A DNA stretch of 64,000 bases, taken from contig OY970303.1 of the NCBI GenBank assembly GCA_963716255.1, positions 3,712,001 through 3,776,000 of the forward strand, read 5' to 3'. Source of the DNA: an uncultured Gemmatimonadales bacterium (GTDB lineage: Bacteria > Gemmatimonadota > Gemmatimonadetes > Longimicrobiales > Longimicrobiaceae). The notes under the pieces were generated by a model, which saw only the letters and a program-made list of their open reading frames with translations, ran no database searches and was not told the origin of the DNA. The position numbers were made by a program, and so were the translations under genes. Below, piece after piece: positions 31,415 through 41,640 of the stretch (positions are counted from its first letter, which is position 1; each line of letters begins with the position of its first letter).

Positions 31415-33073
31415 TCACGCCCGCTCCCGCCGCAGCGCGTAGTTCAGCCCGCCCACCCGGTACCAGTTGTACCCGAACGCCCCCACCACCAGGCGGTGCA
31501 CGCCTTTGTCGTCGGCGGCGCTCTCCTCCTCGGCGAGCAGGCTCACCAGCCGCTCCCCGCCCTCCACGTCCACCCGGACCACCAGCTCGTGCGGCCGGGC
31601 GTCGAAGTTGTGCACCACCACCAGCGAGTTGCCGCGCCAGTCGTAGCGCATCGCCAGCGCCTCCGCGCAGCCGGTGTCCAGGATCTCCCAGCTCCCCCAG
31701 CCGATCTCCGGACACTCCTTGCGCAGCCGGATCATGCGCGCCGTCCAGTTGAGGAGCGAGTCCGGGTCGCGGCGCTGCGCCTCCACGTTGACCCGGCCGT
31801 AGCCCCACACCCCGTCGTCGATCACCGGCTCCACCGTCTTCGCCGCCGTGGAGAAGCCGCCGTGCGGCTCGGCCGACCACTGCATGGGGGTGCGCACCGC
31901 GTCGCGCTCCGGGAGCGACAGGTCGTCGCCCATGCCGATCTCGTCGCCGTAGCGGATCACCGGCGTCCCCGGCAGGGAAAAGAGCAGGCTGTTGGCCAGC
32001 TCCAGCCGCGGCCGGTCGCCCAGCATGGGGGCCAGGCGGCGGCGGATCCCGCGATGGTACAGCTGCATGTTCTCTTCGGGCCCGAAGCGCGCGAACACCG
32101 CCGCGCGCTGCTCCTCGGTGAGGCGCCCCAGGTCCAGCTCGTCGTGGTTGCGCAGGAAGTTGGCCCACTGCGAGGTGCGGGGGATCTCGCGGGTGGCGAG
32201 GAGCGCCGCCGCCAGCGGGGCGGCGTCGGCGGTGGCCAGGGCGTGGAAGAGGTGCTGGTTGACCCAGAAGTTGAACATCATGTGGATCCCCGTCCCCCCG
32301 TCCGCCCCGAAGTACGCCTCCGTTTCCGCGGGGAGCACGTTGGCCTCGCCCAGGAGGACGGCGTCGCCCACGCGCCACTGCATGAAGCGGCGCATCTCGG
32401 CCAGGTACTCGAAGTGGAGCGTCCCCTGCTCCCTCCCGGGGACGGTGCTCTCGATGACGAAGGGGACCGCGTCCACCCGGAAGCCGGCCACCCCCAGCTG
32501 GAGCCAGTACCCCATGATGCGCCGCACCTCGGTGCGCACCGCCGGATGGTCCATGTTCAGGTCGGGCTGGAAGTCGAAGAAGCGGTGGTAGTAGTACGCC
32601 CTGGCCTGCGGGTCGCGCGTCCAGGTGGACTCCTGCACCCCGGGAAACACCATTCCCCGGTTCCAGTCCGCGGGGCGCTTCCTGGACCACACGTACCAGT
32701 CGCGGCGCGGCGAGTCCGGGTCGCTGCGCGCCTCCCGGAACCAGGGGTGCGTGTCCGAGGTGTGGTTCACCACCAGGTCCATGAGCACCCGGATGCCGCG
32801 CTTCTCCGCCTGGTGCACGAACTCCACGAAGTCGCCGCTGGAGCCGTAGCGCGGGTCCACGCCGAAGTAGTCGGAGACGTCGTAGCCGTCGTCGCGGTCC
32901 GGCGAGGGCTGGAAGGGGGCCAGCCACACCGCGCCCACGCCCAGCGCCTGGAGGTAGTCCAGGCGCCGCGTGAGTCCCTCGAAGTCGCCGCACCCGTCGC
33001 CGCTGGCGTCCATGAAGCTCTCGACGTCCAGGCTGTAGATGACGGTGTTCTTGTACCAGAGGTCTTCGATCAT
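31415..33073 (-). CDS. GH13 alpha-amylase family protein (trehalose synthase TreS-like)
   Basis: DLWYKNTVIY, DLVVNHTSD, QPDLN, GFRVDAVP, FLRNHDELDL, YGDEIGMGD. Confidence 0.9.
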   Translation of the reverse strand: MIEDLWYKNTVIYSLDVESFMDASGDGCGDFEGLTRRLDYLQALGVGAVWLAPFQPSPDRDDGYDVSDYFGVDPRYGSSGDFVEFVHQAEKRGIRVLMDLVVNHTSDTHPWFREARSDPDSPRRDWYVWSRKRPADWNRGMVFPGVQESTWTRDPQARAYYYHRFFDFQPDLNMDHPAVRTEVRRIMGYWLQLGVAGFRVDAVPFVIESTVPGREQGTLHFEYLAEMRRFMQWRVGDAVLLGEANVLPAETEAYFGADGGTGIHMMFNFWVNQHLFHALATADAAPLAAALLATREIPRTSQWANFLRNHDELDLGRLTEEQRAAVFARFGPEENMQLYHRGIRRRLAPMLGDRPRLELANSLLFSLPGTPVIRYGDEIGMGDDLSLPERDAVRTPMQWSAEPHGGFSTAAKTVEPVIDDGVWGYGRVNVEAQRRDPDSLLNWTARMIRLRKECPEIGWGSWEILDTGCAEALAMRYDWRGNSLVVVHNFDARPHELVVRVDVEGGERLVSLLAEEESAADDKGVHRLVVGAFGYNWYRVGGLNYALRRERA

Positions 33074-33106
33074 GAAGAACGACTTACGGCTGTGAGGAGC
33101 GGGTTC

Positions 33107-33233
33107 GGGCGTGCCCCCGCTGGCGCGGGGTCGGGCTTCGGCTCCGCAACGCACGAAACAACCGTGCGTAACGGAGTCGAGCCCCGGCAAACAGCCGCCG
33201 GGGCTCGCCCCTTCGGGCCGGAATCCCTCACGC
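33107..33233 (+). repeat. Structured dispersed element, full copy
   Basis: Inner stem ACGCACG/CGTGCGT; hairpin 1 shortened by one pair on both arms. Confidence 0.95.
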
Positions 33234-33287
33234 GGGCATCGCGCTGGCGTCCACGGCAAAGATGCAAGCTCCCGTCCAGGCGTGGCG

Positions 33288-34207
33288 TCAGCTTCCGCGC
33301 AGGCGCTCCAGCAGCTCCGTCATGTCGGGGGGGAGGGGCGAGTGGAAGACGGCGGGGGCGCCGGTGGCGGGGTGCAGCAGGGCGAGGAGGGCGGCGTGCA
33401 GCGCCTGCCGCCCGATGGGCTGGAGGCCGCCGGGGCCGTAGACGGGGTCGCCGAGGATGGGGTGGCCCAGGTGGCGGAGGTGGACGCGCGCCTGGTGGGT
33501 GCGGCCGGTCTCCAGCTCCAGGCGGAGCAGGGTGGCGTCCGCGAAGCGCTCCAGCACGCGGAAGCGGGTGCGCGCGGGGGCGCCGTCCGGGCGGACCGTG
33601 CGGCGCGACGCCTCCGCCGGGTCGCGGCCGATGGGCGCGTCGACGACGCCCTCGTCGCCCCGGGGACCCGGCCGCGGACCAGGGCCAGGTACTCGCGGCG
33701 CAGGGTGTGGCCGCGGAGCTGGGGGTCCAGGCGCCGGTGGGCGAGCGGGGTGCGCGCGAAGAGCACCAGCCCGGAGGTGCCGCGGTCCAGGCGGTGAACG
33801 GGGTGCACCCGCGCGCGGACGCCACGCAGCAGGTCGCGGTGCGCCACGCCGTTGGCGAGCGTCCCGGTCTGGCCGCGGAGCACGGGGTGCACCAGGATCC
33901 CGGCCGGCTTGTCCACCACCAGCAGGTCGTCGTCCTCGTGGACCACGCGCAGCTCCAGCGGCGACGGCACCACGGAGGGGGCGCCCTCGGGATCGGTGGC
34001 GGCGGACACCACGTCGCCGGCGCGCACCGGGGCGGACGGCGTGGTGCGGCGCCCGTTCAGGCGGATGGCGCGCAGCCGGGTGAGACGCCGCACCTCGTCG
34101 CGCGAGAAGCCCAGCGGCCCGGCGAGGACCGCGCCCACGCTGGGCTCCGCCGCCTCCGCGCCGACCGTGTGCTCCACCCACGGCGTGGCTTCGCCCGCGT
34201 CACGCAC
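33288..34207 (-). pseudogene. RluA-family pseudouridine synthase split by a frameshift near 33660
   Basis: N-half (VDKPAGILVHP, HRLDRGTSG, EYLALVRG) and C-half (DAPIGRD, LETGRTHQARVH, GHPILGDPVYG, QALHA) lie in different frames. Confidence 0.8.
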
Positions 34208-34219
34208 GCGCGCCGGGGG

Positions 34220-34765
34220 CTACGCGCCGCCGACGATTCTGCGCACCTGGGTCGCGATGCGGTCCTCCAGGACGCGCGTGGAGGTGCACTGCGCGCGGGT
34301 GCCGCCGGCGGGAGGGGCGGCCACGGCCTCCACCCGCAGCTCGAGCCGGGTGGTGCCGTCGGGGTTGGTCTGCACCGCCGTGCGGACCGTCGCTTCCAGG
34401 TCGTACAGGTTCGCGGCCGGCGCGCCGATGGGGTTGCTGCCGCAGTTGAGGAAGCGCGCCGCCCGCTCGCCCGCCAGCCTCCCCCGCGAGCGCATCAGCG
34501 GCGTCCCGAAGACCCGCTCCCCCTGGCTGACGACCCCGCCCGCGAGCCCCACGGCCCGGTACGCGGCAGGAAGCGCGGCCCACACCCGGTCCGCGGGCGC
34601 GAGGACGTCGTGCGTCGCCACCCGCTCGTCCCTCGCCGCGGTGATCTCGAACCCGCCGCCCCCGGTCTCCATGCGCGTGGTGCTCGGCCCCGAGCTCCCC
34701 GTTTGGAGGCCGCCGCCGGCGCAGCCGGCGAGCGCGAGGAGGAGCAGCGTGGCGGATGGGTGCAT
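34220..34765 (-). CDS. Hypothetical lipoprotein
   Basis: LLLLALAGC lipobox; two Cys (LNCG, QCTSTR). Confidence 0.75.
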   Translation of the reverse strand: MHPSATLLLLALAGCAGGGLQTGSSGPSTTRMETGGGGFEITAARDERVATHDVLAPADRVWAALPAAYRAVGLAGGVVSQGERVFGTPLMRSRGRLAGERAARFLNCGSNPIGAPAANLYDLEATVRTAVQTNPDGTTRLELRVEAVAAPPAGGTRAQCTSTRVLEDRIATQVRRIVGGA

Positions 34766-34876
34766 GGGGACTCCGGACAAAGACGTGGGAGAGGACGAGG
34801 CAGGAGGCGTCTCAATGGGGGAGGGGTGGCGCGCGGCGCCGGGGTGGGGACCCCCGCGGACGCCAGCGCGATCCCC

Positions 34877-35009
34877 GCGTGAGGGATTTCGGCCCGAAGG
34901 GGCGAGACCCGGCGGGGCTGTTTCCGCCGGGGCTCGACTCCGTTAAGCAGCGTTGTTTGCTGCTTTACGGAGCCGAAGCCCGACCCCGGCGCCCGCCGGG
35001 GGCACGCCC
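34877..35009 (-). repeat. Structured dispersed element, full copy
   Basis: Inner stem AAGCAGC/GCTGCTT; hairpin 3 extended to 8 bp. Confidence 0.95.
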
Positions 35010-35037
35010 AAACCCGCGATTCAAAATGCCGTAATAA

Positions 35038-38000
35038 TCAGCGCATCCCGGCAACGGAACGTCCGCCGCCCAGCCTGCCCATCAGCTCCCGGACGGCGGC
35101 GTCGAGCTGCGAATCCCGCGCGGCCAGCGTCTCGCCGATGGGACGCGTCACGGGGACGTCCACCGGGCGGGGCGCCAGCTCCATGTTGTCCCCGGCCGCC
35201 CCGGTGATGCGGACGAACGGAATGCGCAGCGACGACCCGTCCAGCAGGTTGATGTTTGAGGTGTAGATGATCCAGCCGGCGGTGGGCTCGCCCACCACCT
35301 TGCCCAGCCCCAGCGCGCGGTACCCCTCGGTGAAGTCCTCGGCGTCGGACAGGGAGTGCTGGTTGACGACGAGCACCGTGGGGCCGGGGAAGGCGCGCTG
35401 CCCCAGCATGGTGCGCGCGGGCGCGGTGGGCTGGCCGCGGGTGGTCATGCTCATGTAGGGACGGCGCGAGAACACGTCCAGCACGTAGGGGTTGATGAAG
35501 CCGCCGCTGTTGTTGCGCAGGTCGATCACCACCCCCTCGCGCCCCATGTTCTCGGCGTCCAGGTCCAGGTACAGCTGATCCAGCGAGGCGCTGGACATGT
35601 CGTACAGGTGCACGTAGCCCAGCCGGCCGCCGCTCGCGCGCGCCACGTAGGCGCGGCTGGCCTCCACCCAGGCGCGGTACAGGAGCCCCTTCTCGGTGGC
35701 GGTGTTCACCGGGCGCACCACCACCTCGCGTCCGCTGGCGCCGGCTGCGGGCGCCACCGAAAGCGCCACCCGCCGCCCCACCTTTGCCTCCAGCAGCGCG
35801 TCCAGGCTGACGCGCGCGCCGGTGCGCGCGCCGTCCACCGCCAGCAGGTACTCGCCGGCGCGGATGCCGGCCAGCGCGGCGGGGCCCTGGGGAATCACCT
35901 CGGCGACGCGCAGCCGCCCGGAGGCCTCGTACTCGCCGCGGTCGAAGCGCAGCCCCAGCCGCCCGGTGGGCGACGTCGAGGGGCTGGCAGGGGCGGAGAT
36001 CCCCGAGTGGGAGGCGTTCAGCTCGCCCACCATCAGCGCCATGACGCGGCGCATCTCGTCGGGGGTGTGCGACCCGGCCACCTGCGGGGCGTAGCGCGCG
36101 TGCACGTCGTCCCAGTCGGCGCCGTGCATGCGCGGGTCGTAGAAGTTGTCGCGCAGATATCTCCACCCTTCCTCGAACACCGCCATCTTCTCGCGGGCGA
36201 AGTCCACCTGCATCTCGGCCGTGACGGCCACGGGGCGTGGCTGCCGGGTCTCCAGCGCCACTACCTGGATGCGTCCGTTCTCCAGGTAGTAGACCTCCTT
36301 GCTGTCGGGGGTGAACTGCGCCTCGCGCTTGGGCCCGGGGGTGGAGGTGAGCTGGCGCGCGGTCGCGGGCTCGCGGGACAGCTCATCCAGCGAGTACACG
36401 TACAGGTTCTGCTGGTTGGCGGCGCTGGCGACCACCAGGAGCCACTTGCCGTCCGGGGAGATGGTCTGCGAGCCCACGTCCAGCCCCACCGGCACGGGGC
36501 TGGCCCGGCGGCGGATCCCCTCCCAGGCGATCTCCACCGGCCTGCGCGGCGCGGGGCGGCGCGCGGCGGGGGCGCTGTCCTGGCCGGCGGCGGCCGGTGC
36601 GGGGCGCTGCGGCTGCGGGCCGTCGGGGCGGCTCTCGGTGCGGGGCTCGCCGGGGAGGCCGGGCGGCGACTGCTCGCGGAACAGGTCGCGGAACTGGTCC
36701 TCGCGGAAGCGGGGGAGGCGCGGCACCAGGTCCACGCGCACCACCTGCGCGTTCTCGGAGCGCTGCCACGAGTTCAGCAGCAGGTAGGTGCCGTCCGGGC
36801 TCCAGGAGACGGTGCTGGCGAACGCGTTCCCCAGGAAGCTCGCCGGGCGCGCGTCGCCCCCCGCGGCGGGGACCACGTGCACGTTGGTGAAGGGCTGCTC
36901 GCCCAGCGGCGACAGGAAGGCGATCCAGCGGCTGTCCGGCGACCACGCCATGCCGCGCTCGGAGCTGAAGGGCGGGCGGTCCAGGTAGCCGCGCGCCAGC
37001 ATGCGCTCCTCCCCGGTGGCGGGGTCCACCACGCGCAGCTCGCGGCCGCCGCGCGCGAAGGCCACCCACCGGCCGTCCGGCGAGAACACGGGCGAGGCGT
37101 CGGGGCCGTCGCCGCGGGTGAGCGGCCGCTCGGCCCGGCTGGCCAGGTCGTACAGGTACAGCCGGGTGGCGCCGCCGCGCTGGGCGGCGTACACCAGGCG
37201 GCGGCTGTCGGGGGCCCACGCCACCTGCGACTCGCGCCCGGGGGTGTCCGTCACCCGCTCGGCGTCGCCGCCCTCCTTTGCGCCGGCCGCGAACACCTCG
37301 CCGCGGACCACCAGGGCGACCTTCCTGCCGTCCGGCGACAGCGCCAGCTCCTGGAAGTCCTCCGTGAAGCGGCGGCGCTCGGGATCGGGGGCGGCGGGGG
37401 TGCCGCGCAGCGTCACCGGGACCTCGGAGGCCTCGCCGGTGGCGGTGTCCATCCGCCAGACGCGGAAGTCGCGCTCGAACACCAGCGTGCGCCCGTCCGG
37501 CGAGACGGAGGGCCACAGCACGCGCCCGCCGCGGAAGCGGGTCACCTGCCGCGGCTCGGCGCCGGGGGCCACGCTCCACACGTTCTGCGCGCCGCCGCGG
37601 TCGGACACGAAGAACAGGGTCCGCCCGTCCGGGCCCCACATGGGCCACCCCTCGCGGGCGCCGCGGCGGGTCACCTGCTCGTAGCGCGCGCCGGCACCGG
37701 GGCGGAGCAGCCAGAGCTCGCTCTGGTCCAGGTGGCTGCTCCCCAGGCGCCACCACTGCGCGGACGAGGTCCCGCGCGCCGTGAAGGCCAGCGTGCCGTC
37801 CGGCCCCTCGGCGGAGGCGAACTCGTTGGTGTAGCGGTCGGCGCTCACCTGCATGGGGGTGCCGCCCTCCACGCTCACCCGGTACAGGTCGTTCATCCCC
37901 CCCACGTCGCCGGCGGTGGCGGAGAAGTACACCCACCTGCCGTCGCGCGACCAGCCGTCCAGCTGGTCCAGCCCGTCCCCGAAGGTGAGGCGCCGCAGCT

Positions 38001-38319
38001 CGCCCCCGGCCAGGTCCAGCACGTACACGTCGCCGCCGCCGGTGCGGGTGGAGACGAAGGCCAGCCGGCGGCCGTCGGGCGAGTACAGCGGGCGCTGCTC
38101 GGTGGCCGGGTGCGACACCAGGAGCCGGGCCTCGCCGCCTCGCGCGGGCACCGTCCACACGTCGCCCCCGGAGACGAAGGCGATCTCCGCCCCGTCCGGG
38201 GAGATGCCGGGCTCGGCCAGCGACGGGCGGGCGGCGGCCGGGTCCTGCGCCCCGGCCAGGGTGGTCGCGTACGCGAGCGCGGCGAGCGCCGGGAGCGACG
38301 AGCGGATGCGGTGCATCAT
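35038..38319 (-). CDS. Tricorn-like S41 peptidase (beta-propellers, PDZ, S41)
   Basis: Many SPDG repeats, GELNASHSG, IDLRNNSGG, SLSDAEDF; signal peptide. Confidence 0.9.
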   Translation of the reverse strand: MMHRIRSSLPALAALAYATTLAGAQDPAAARPSLAEPGISPDGAEIAFVSGGDVWTVPARGGEARLLVSHPATEQRPLYSPDGRRLAFVSTRTGGGDVYVLDLAGGELRRLTFGDGLDQLDGWSRDGRWVYFSATAGDVGGMNDLYRVSVEGGTPMQVSADRYTNEFASAEGPDGTLAFTARGTSSAQWWRLGSSHLDQSELWLLRPGAGARYEQVTRRGAREGWPMWGPDGRTLFFVSDRGGAQNVWSVAPGAEPRQVTRFRGGRVLWPSVSPDGRTLVFERDFRVWRMDTATGEASEVPVTLRGTPAAPDPERRRFTEDFQELALSPDGRKVALVVRGEVFAAGAKEGGDAERVTDTPGRESQVAWAPDSRRLVYAAQRGGATRLYLYDLASRAERPLTRGDGPDASPVFSPDGRWVAFARGGRELRVVDPATGEERMLARGYLDRPPFSSERGMAWSPDSRWIAFLSPLGEQPFTNVHVVPAAGGDARPASFLGNAFASTVSWSPDGTYLLLNSWQRSENAQVVRVDLVPRLPRFREDQFRDLFREQSPPGLPGEPRTESRPDGPQPQRPAPAAAGQDSAPAARRPAPRRPVEIAWEGIRRRASPVPVGLDVGSQTISPDGKWLLVVASAANQQNLYVYSLDELSREPATARQLTSTPGPKREAQFTPDSKEVYYLENGRIQVVALETRQPRPVAVTAEMQVDFAREKMAVFEEGWRYLRDNFYDPRMHGADWDDVHARYAPQVAGSHTPDEMRRVMALMVGELNASHSGISAPASPSTSPTGRLGLRFDRGEYEASGRLRVAEVIPQGPAALAGIRAGEYLLAVDGARTGARVSLDALLEAKVGRRVALSVAPAAGASGREVVVRPVNTATEKGLLYRAWVEASRAYVARASGGRLGYVHLYDMSSASLDQLYLDLDAENMGREGVVIDLRNNSGGFINPYVLDVFSRRPYMSMTTRGQPTAPARTMLGQRAFPGPTVLVVNQHSLSDAEDFTEGYRALGLGKVVGEPTAGWIIYTSNINLLDGSSLRIPFVRITGAAGDNMELAPRPVDVPVTRPIGETLAARDSQLDAAVRELMGRLGGGRSVAGMR

Positions 38320-38562
38320 GGGGGCGTGTGGGGGGTGCCGGGGATCCGGCCCGGGACGGGCGCGGAGGGGCGGCGCGGCGGCCGGAGGGCGTCGCCCGCA
38401 CGGATGATACGCGCCGCGCCGCCGCCCGACAATCCCGCTCCCCGCCACGATGGGGACGTCGCGGGAACCGATCTTGCGCGCCGGCCGGCGGCGGGTGTTG
38501 CCAGGCGCCCGCCCGCGTGCCAACCTGAGTGCGGACCCGCCGGAACCCCTCACCCGAGCAGC

Positions 38563-39894
38563 ATGGACATGGGCAGCCCCGTACGATTCCTCCCGCGCGG
38601 CCTGGCGCCGTGCCTCGCCGCCCTGCTCGCCTGGAGCTGCGCGCCCGCCGCGCCCCCGGCGTCCGCCCCGGCGGACGGCCACGCGCACGCCGCGGCGGGG
38701 ACGCCCGACGCGCTCGCCGCCGCCGCGGTGGCGCGCTGCGGCCGGCTGTCCGGGCAGCGCAAGCAGGGGTGCTACGACGCGGAGCTCCTGGGCGTGCTGC
38801 ACGCGCAGGGGGTACGCCCGGCCATGGAGGCGCTGGACGGCGTGGTGGCCCGCGACCGCGACGCGAAGCGGAGCGCGCACGTGTACGCGCACGGCATCGG
38901 CATCGCGGCGTACGGCGGGCCGGACTCGGTGGGCGCCGTGTTCGCGCGCTGCACCCCCGAGCACCAGTCCGGGTGCTACCACGGGGTGGTGCAGGCGTAC
39001 TTCGTGGACGCCCGCCGCTCCGGCGGCGAGGTGGGCGCGGCCACGGCGAACGCGCTCTGCCGCGACTACCGCGCGGAGGAGGGCCGGGTCGGCGACCGCT
39101 GGCTCCAGTTCCAGTGCGCGCACGGAATGGGGCACGGGCTGGTCATGTTCCACGGCCACGACCTCCCCGCGGCGCTCGCGGGGTGCGACCTGCTGGAGTC
39201 CTCCTTCGAGCGGGAAACGTGCTACCAGGGCGCGTTCATGGAGAACCTGGTGAACGCCATCGTTCCGCACCACCCCGCCGCCGCCCTTGCGCACGGCGCC
39301 GCCGCGGCGGGTGGGCACGACGCCCACGGGGCGCACGCGGGCCACGGCGCGGGCGCGGCGCCGGCCTCCGCGTTCAGGGCGCTGGACCCGGACGACCTTC
39401 TCTACCCGTGCAGCGCCGTGGCCGAGCGATACTGGAGCGCGTGCTACTCCATGCAGACCTCCGCCATCCTGCACCACACCGGGCAGGACGTGGCGCGCAC
39501 GGCGCAGGAGTGCGGCCGGGTCCCGCCGGGCATGCGGACCACCTGCTTCATGAGCCTGGGGCGCGACATCAGCGGCATGACCGCGCAGGACCGGGCCGCG
39601 GCGCGGGCGAAGTGCGCCGTGGTGGACGGGGCGGCGGACCGGGCCTGGTGCCACGTGGGGGTGGCGACCAACATGCTCAACGTCACCGCCCGCGCCGAGG
39701 ACGGAATCGTGTACTGCCGCGAGCTGCCGTCCACCGAGGACAAGGCGCTCTGCTACGAGCACGTGGGCGGGCAGCTGCTGGTGCTGTCCGACGGGGAGCC
39801 GGCGCGGGAGGAAGCGTGCCGGTCCGCCGAGCCGGAGTACGTGGATGCCTGCCGACGAGGGGCCAGGCTGGGGGTGGCGGGAAGGCAGCATTGA
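38563..39894 (+). CDS. Cys/His-rich putative lipoprotein
   Basis: LLAWSC; AHVYAHGIG, GCYHG, QCAHGMGHG, CYQGAFME; 20 Cys. Confidence 0.75.
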   Translation: MDMGSPVRFLPRGLAPCLAALLAWSCAPAAPPASAPADGHAHAAAGTPDALAAAAVARCGRLSGQRKQGCYDAELLGVLHAQGVRPAMEALDGVVARDRDAKRSAHVYAHGIGIAAYGGPDSVGAVFARCTPEHQSGCYHGVVQAYFVDARRSGGEVGAATANALCRDYRAEEGRVGDRWLQFQCAHGMGHGLVMFHGHDLPAALAGCDLLESSFERETCYQGAFMENLVNAIVPHHPAAALAHGAAAAGGHDAHGAHAGHGAGAAPASAFRALDPDDLLYPCSAVAERYWSACYSMQTSAILHHTGQDVARTAQECGRVPPGMRTTCFMSLGRDISGMTAQDRAAARAKCAVVDGAADRAWCHVGVATNMLNVTARAEDGIVYCRELPSTEDKALCYEHVGGQLLVLSDGEPAREEACRSAEPEYVDACRRGARLGVAGRQH

Positions 39895-39905
39895 ACGACG
39901 GGGTT

Positions 39906-40034
39906 GGGCGTGCCCCCGGCTGGCGCCGGGGTCGGGCTTCGGCTCCGTAGAGCAGCAAACAACGCTGCTCAACGGAGTCGAGCCCCGGCAAACCGCCGCC
40001 GGGTCTCGCCCCTTCGGGCCGTAATCCCTCACGC
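39906..40034 (+). repeat. Structured dispersed element, full copy
   Basis: Inner stem GAGCAGC/GCTGCTC, loop AAACAAC. Confidence 0.95.
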
Positions 40035-40161
40035 GGGGTGGGTGCTGGCGTCCGCGGGGAGAGCTGCACGGCCTTTCGTCGATCATCCGCGCAGTGCCGC
40101 AGGATCCGCGCACCGGCGACCGCCGGCGCGGCCGACGTTCACCCTTGCCAAGGAGAGGGCG

Positions 40162-40635
40162 ATGGAGGCAGAACGGCAGCAGGAGCACCGCTGGCTGGAG
40201 CGGCTCGTGGGGGAGTGGACCTCCGAGATGGAGGCCGTCATGAAGCCGGGCGAACCGCCCCAGACCTTCACCGGCACGGAGAGCGTGCGCTCCCTGGACG
40301 GCCTGTGGGTGCTGTGCGAGGGGACGCCCAGCGGCGGCACCTCGACGACGATCATGACGCTCGGCTACGACCCGGCGAAGGGGCGCGTCCTGGGCACCTT
40401 CATCGGGTCCATGTCGACGCACATGTGGGTCTACGAGGCCGAGCTGGACCCCTCGGGCGACGTGCTGACGCTGAACACCGAGGGCCCGGGCTTCGGGGAC
40501 GAGACCCGGACCGCGAAGTACATGGACACCATCGAGTTCCTGGGCGACGACCACCGCGTGCTGAAGTCCCGCGTCCAGGACCAGGAGGGAGCCTGGCAGG
40601 ACGTGATGGAGGTGCACTACCGGCGTGTGAAGTAG
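40162..40635 (+). CDS. DUF1579 domain protein
   Basis: EHRWLERLVGEW, TLGYDP, GTFIGSM; AGGAG RBS. Confidence 0.85.
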   Translation: MEAERQQEHRWLERLVGEWTSEMEAVMKPGEPPQTFTGTESVRSLDGLWVLCEGTPSGGTSTTIMTLGYDPAKGRVLGTFIGSMSTHMWVYEAELDPSGDVLTLNTEGPGFGDETRTAKYMDTIEFLGDDHRVLKSRVQDQEGAWQDVMEVHYRRVK

Positions 40636-40661
40636 CCGCGCCCTCCACCGGACGCGCGAAA

Positions 40662-40692
40662 AAGGGCAGCCCCGCCACGCGGGGCTGCCCTT
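40662..40692. terminator. Terminator hairpin
   Basis: AAGGGCAGCCCCGC-CAC-GCGGGGCTGCCCTT after the DUF1579 stop. Confidence 0.65.
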
Positions 40693-40701
40693 CTGCCACG
40701 G

Positions 40702-40756
40702 TCCTCACCCGTCTTGCTTGGGGCTTGCCACCCTCTCCCGATCCTGGGTGAGGGGG
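40702..40756 (+). repeat. REP-like CCTCACCC...CCACCCTCTCCC repeat
   Basis: Resembles 60121-60172 and the reverse complement of 8315-8386. Confidence 0.55.
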
Positions 40757-40895
40757 CCAACTGCTGAGCAGCCGTGGCTGTTCGGAGCTCCGGCATCTGC
40801 ACAAAGCCATGGACCGTGTTTGCGTGGCGACGGACCGACCGCGTAGAGTTCAGGGAACACGTGACGGTCCACACCAACCACCGCTTCCGGACTTC

Positions 40896-41438
40896 ATGCC
40901 ATCTCGCCTTCTCATCGGGGCCGCCCTGGCCGCGGCCATGCTCGGAAGCGGCCGCCTGTCCGCCCAGACCGCGGAGCGTGCTCACGTCACGATCAGCGCC
41001 GGAGAATCCAGCCGCACCCTCACGCACGCCGAGGTGGCCAGCCTGCCGCACGTCGCCGTCACCGCTACCCATCATGGCGAGACGCACCGCTACGAGGGCG
41101 TGCCGCTCGCGGATCTCCTCACGTATGGCGGAGCCTGGCCCACCGGAAGCCGGGCGGACGGCACGGTCGGAGACCGGGGGAACTTGCGGGGACCGGCGCT
41201 GGCCCGTTTCGTCGTGGTGACGGCGAGCGACGGCTATCGTGCCGTGATCGCACTTGCCGAGCTCGATTCGGCGACCGTGCAGGTAGCCCCTGGTGGACCG
41301 ATCGTGCTGGCGGACCGGGCCGATGGCCGGCCGCTTCGCACCGACGACGGTCCCTTTCGCCTCGTCGTCCCGGGAGACCTTCGCCCAGCCAGGTCGGTCC
41401 GCGGCGTCGTGCGCATCGAGGTCCGCAGCGCCCCGTAG
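40896..41438 (+). CDS. Secreted protein, molybdopterin-binding oxidoreductase-like fold
   Basis: YEGVPLADLL, TASDGYRAVIALAE, GPFRLVVPGD..PARSVR. Confidence 0.7.
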   Translation: MPSRLLIGAALAAAMLGSGRLSAQTAERAHVTISAGESSRTLTHAEVASLPHVAVTATHHGETHRYEGVPLADLLTYGGAWPTGSRADGTVGDRGNLRGPALARFVVVTASDGYRAVIALAELDSATVQVAPGGPIVLADRADGRPLRTDDGPFRLVVPGDLRPARSVRGVVRIEVRSAP

Positions 41439-41469
41439 GGGCCCGCACATCGCGGTCGGGCAGACACCT

Positions 41470-41602
41470 GCGTGAGGGATTCCGGCCCGAAGGGGCGAGA
41501 CCCGGCGGGGTTGTTTCCGCCGGGTCTCGACTCCGTTAGCGAGCGTTGTTTGCTCGCTTACGGAGCCGAAGCCCGACCCCGGCGCCCGCCGGGGGCACGC
41601 CC
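41470..41602 (-). repeat. Structured dispersed element, full copy
   Basis: Inner stem AGCGAGC/GCTCGCT; hairpin 3 with 8-bp stem. Confidence 0.95.
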
Positions 41603-41640
41603 AAATCCTGCCGTTCAACCCGCCGTTGCCGTCGCCGGAA

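Noticed and set aside
35038..40617. 1859-aa tricorn ORF and other over-extended N-termini (24485..26635, 56093..59182, 60396..63875, 10931..12931)
   Set aside because: Upstream parts overlap genuine genes; true starts with signal peptide, RBS or overlap lie downstream.
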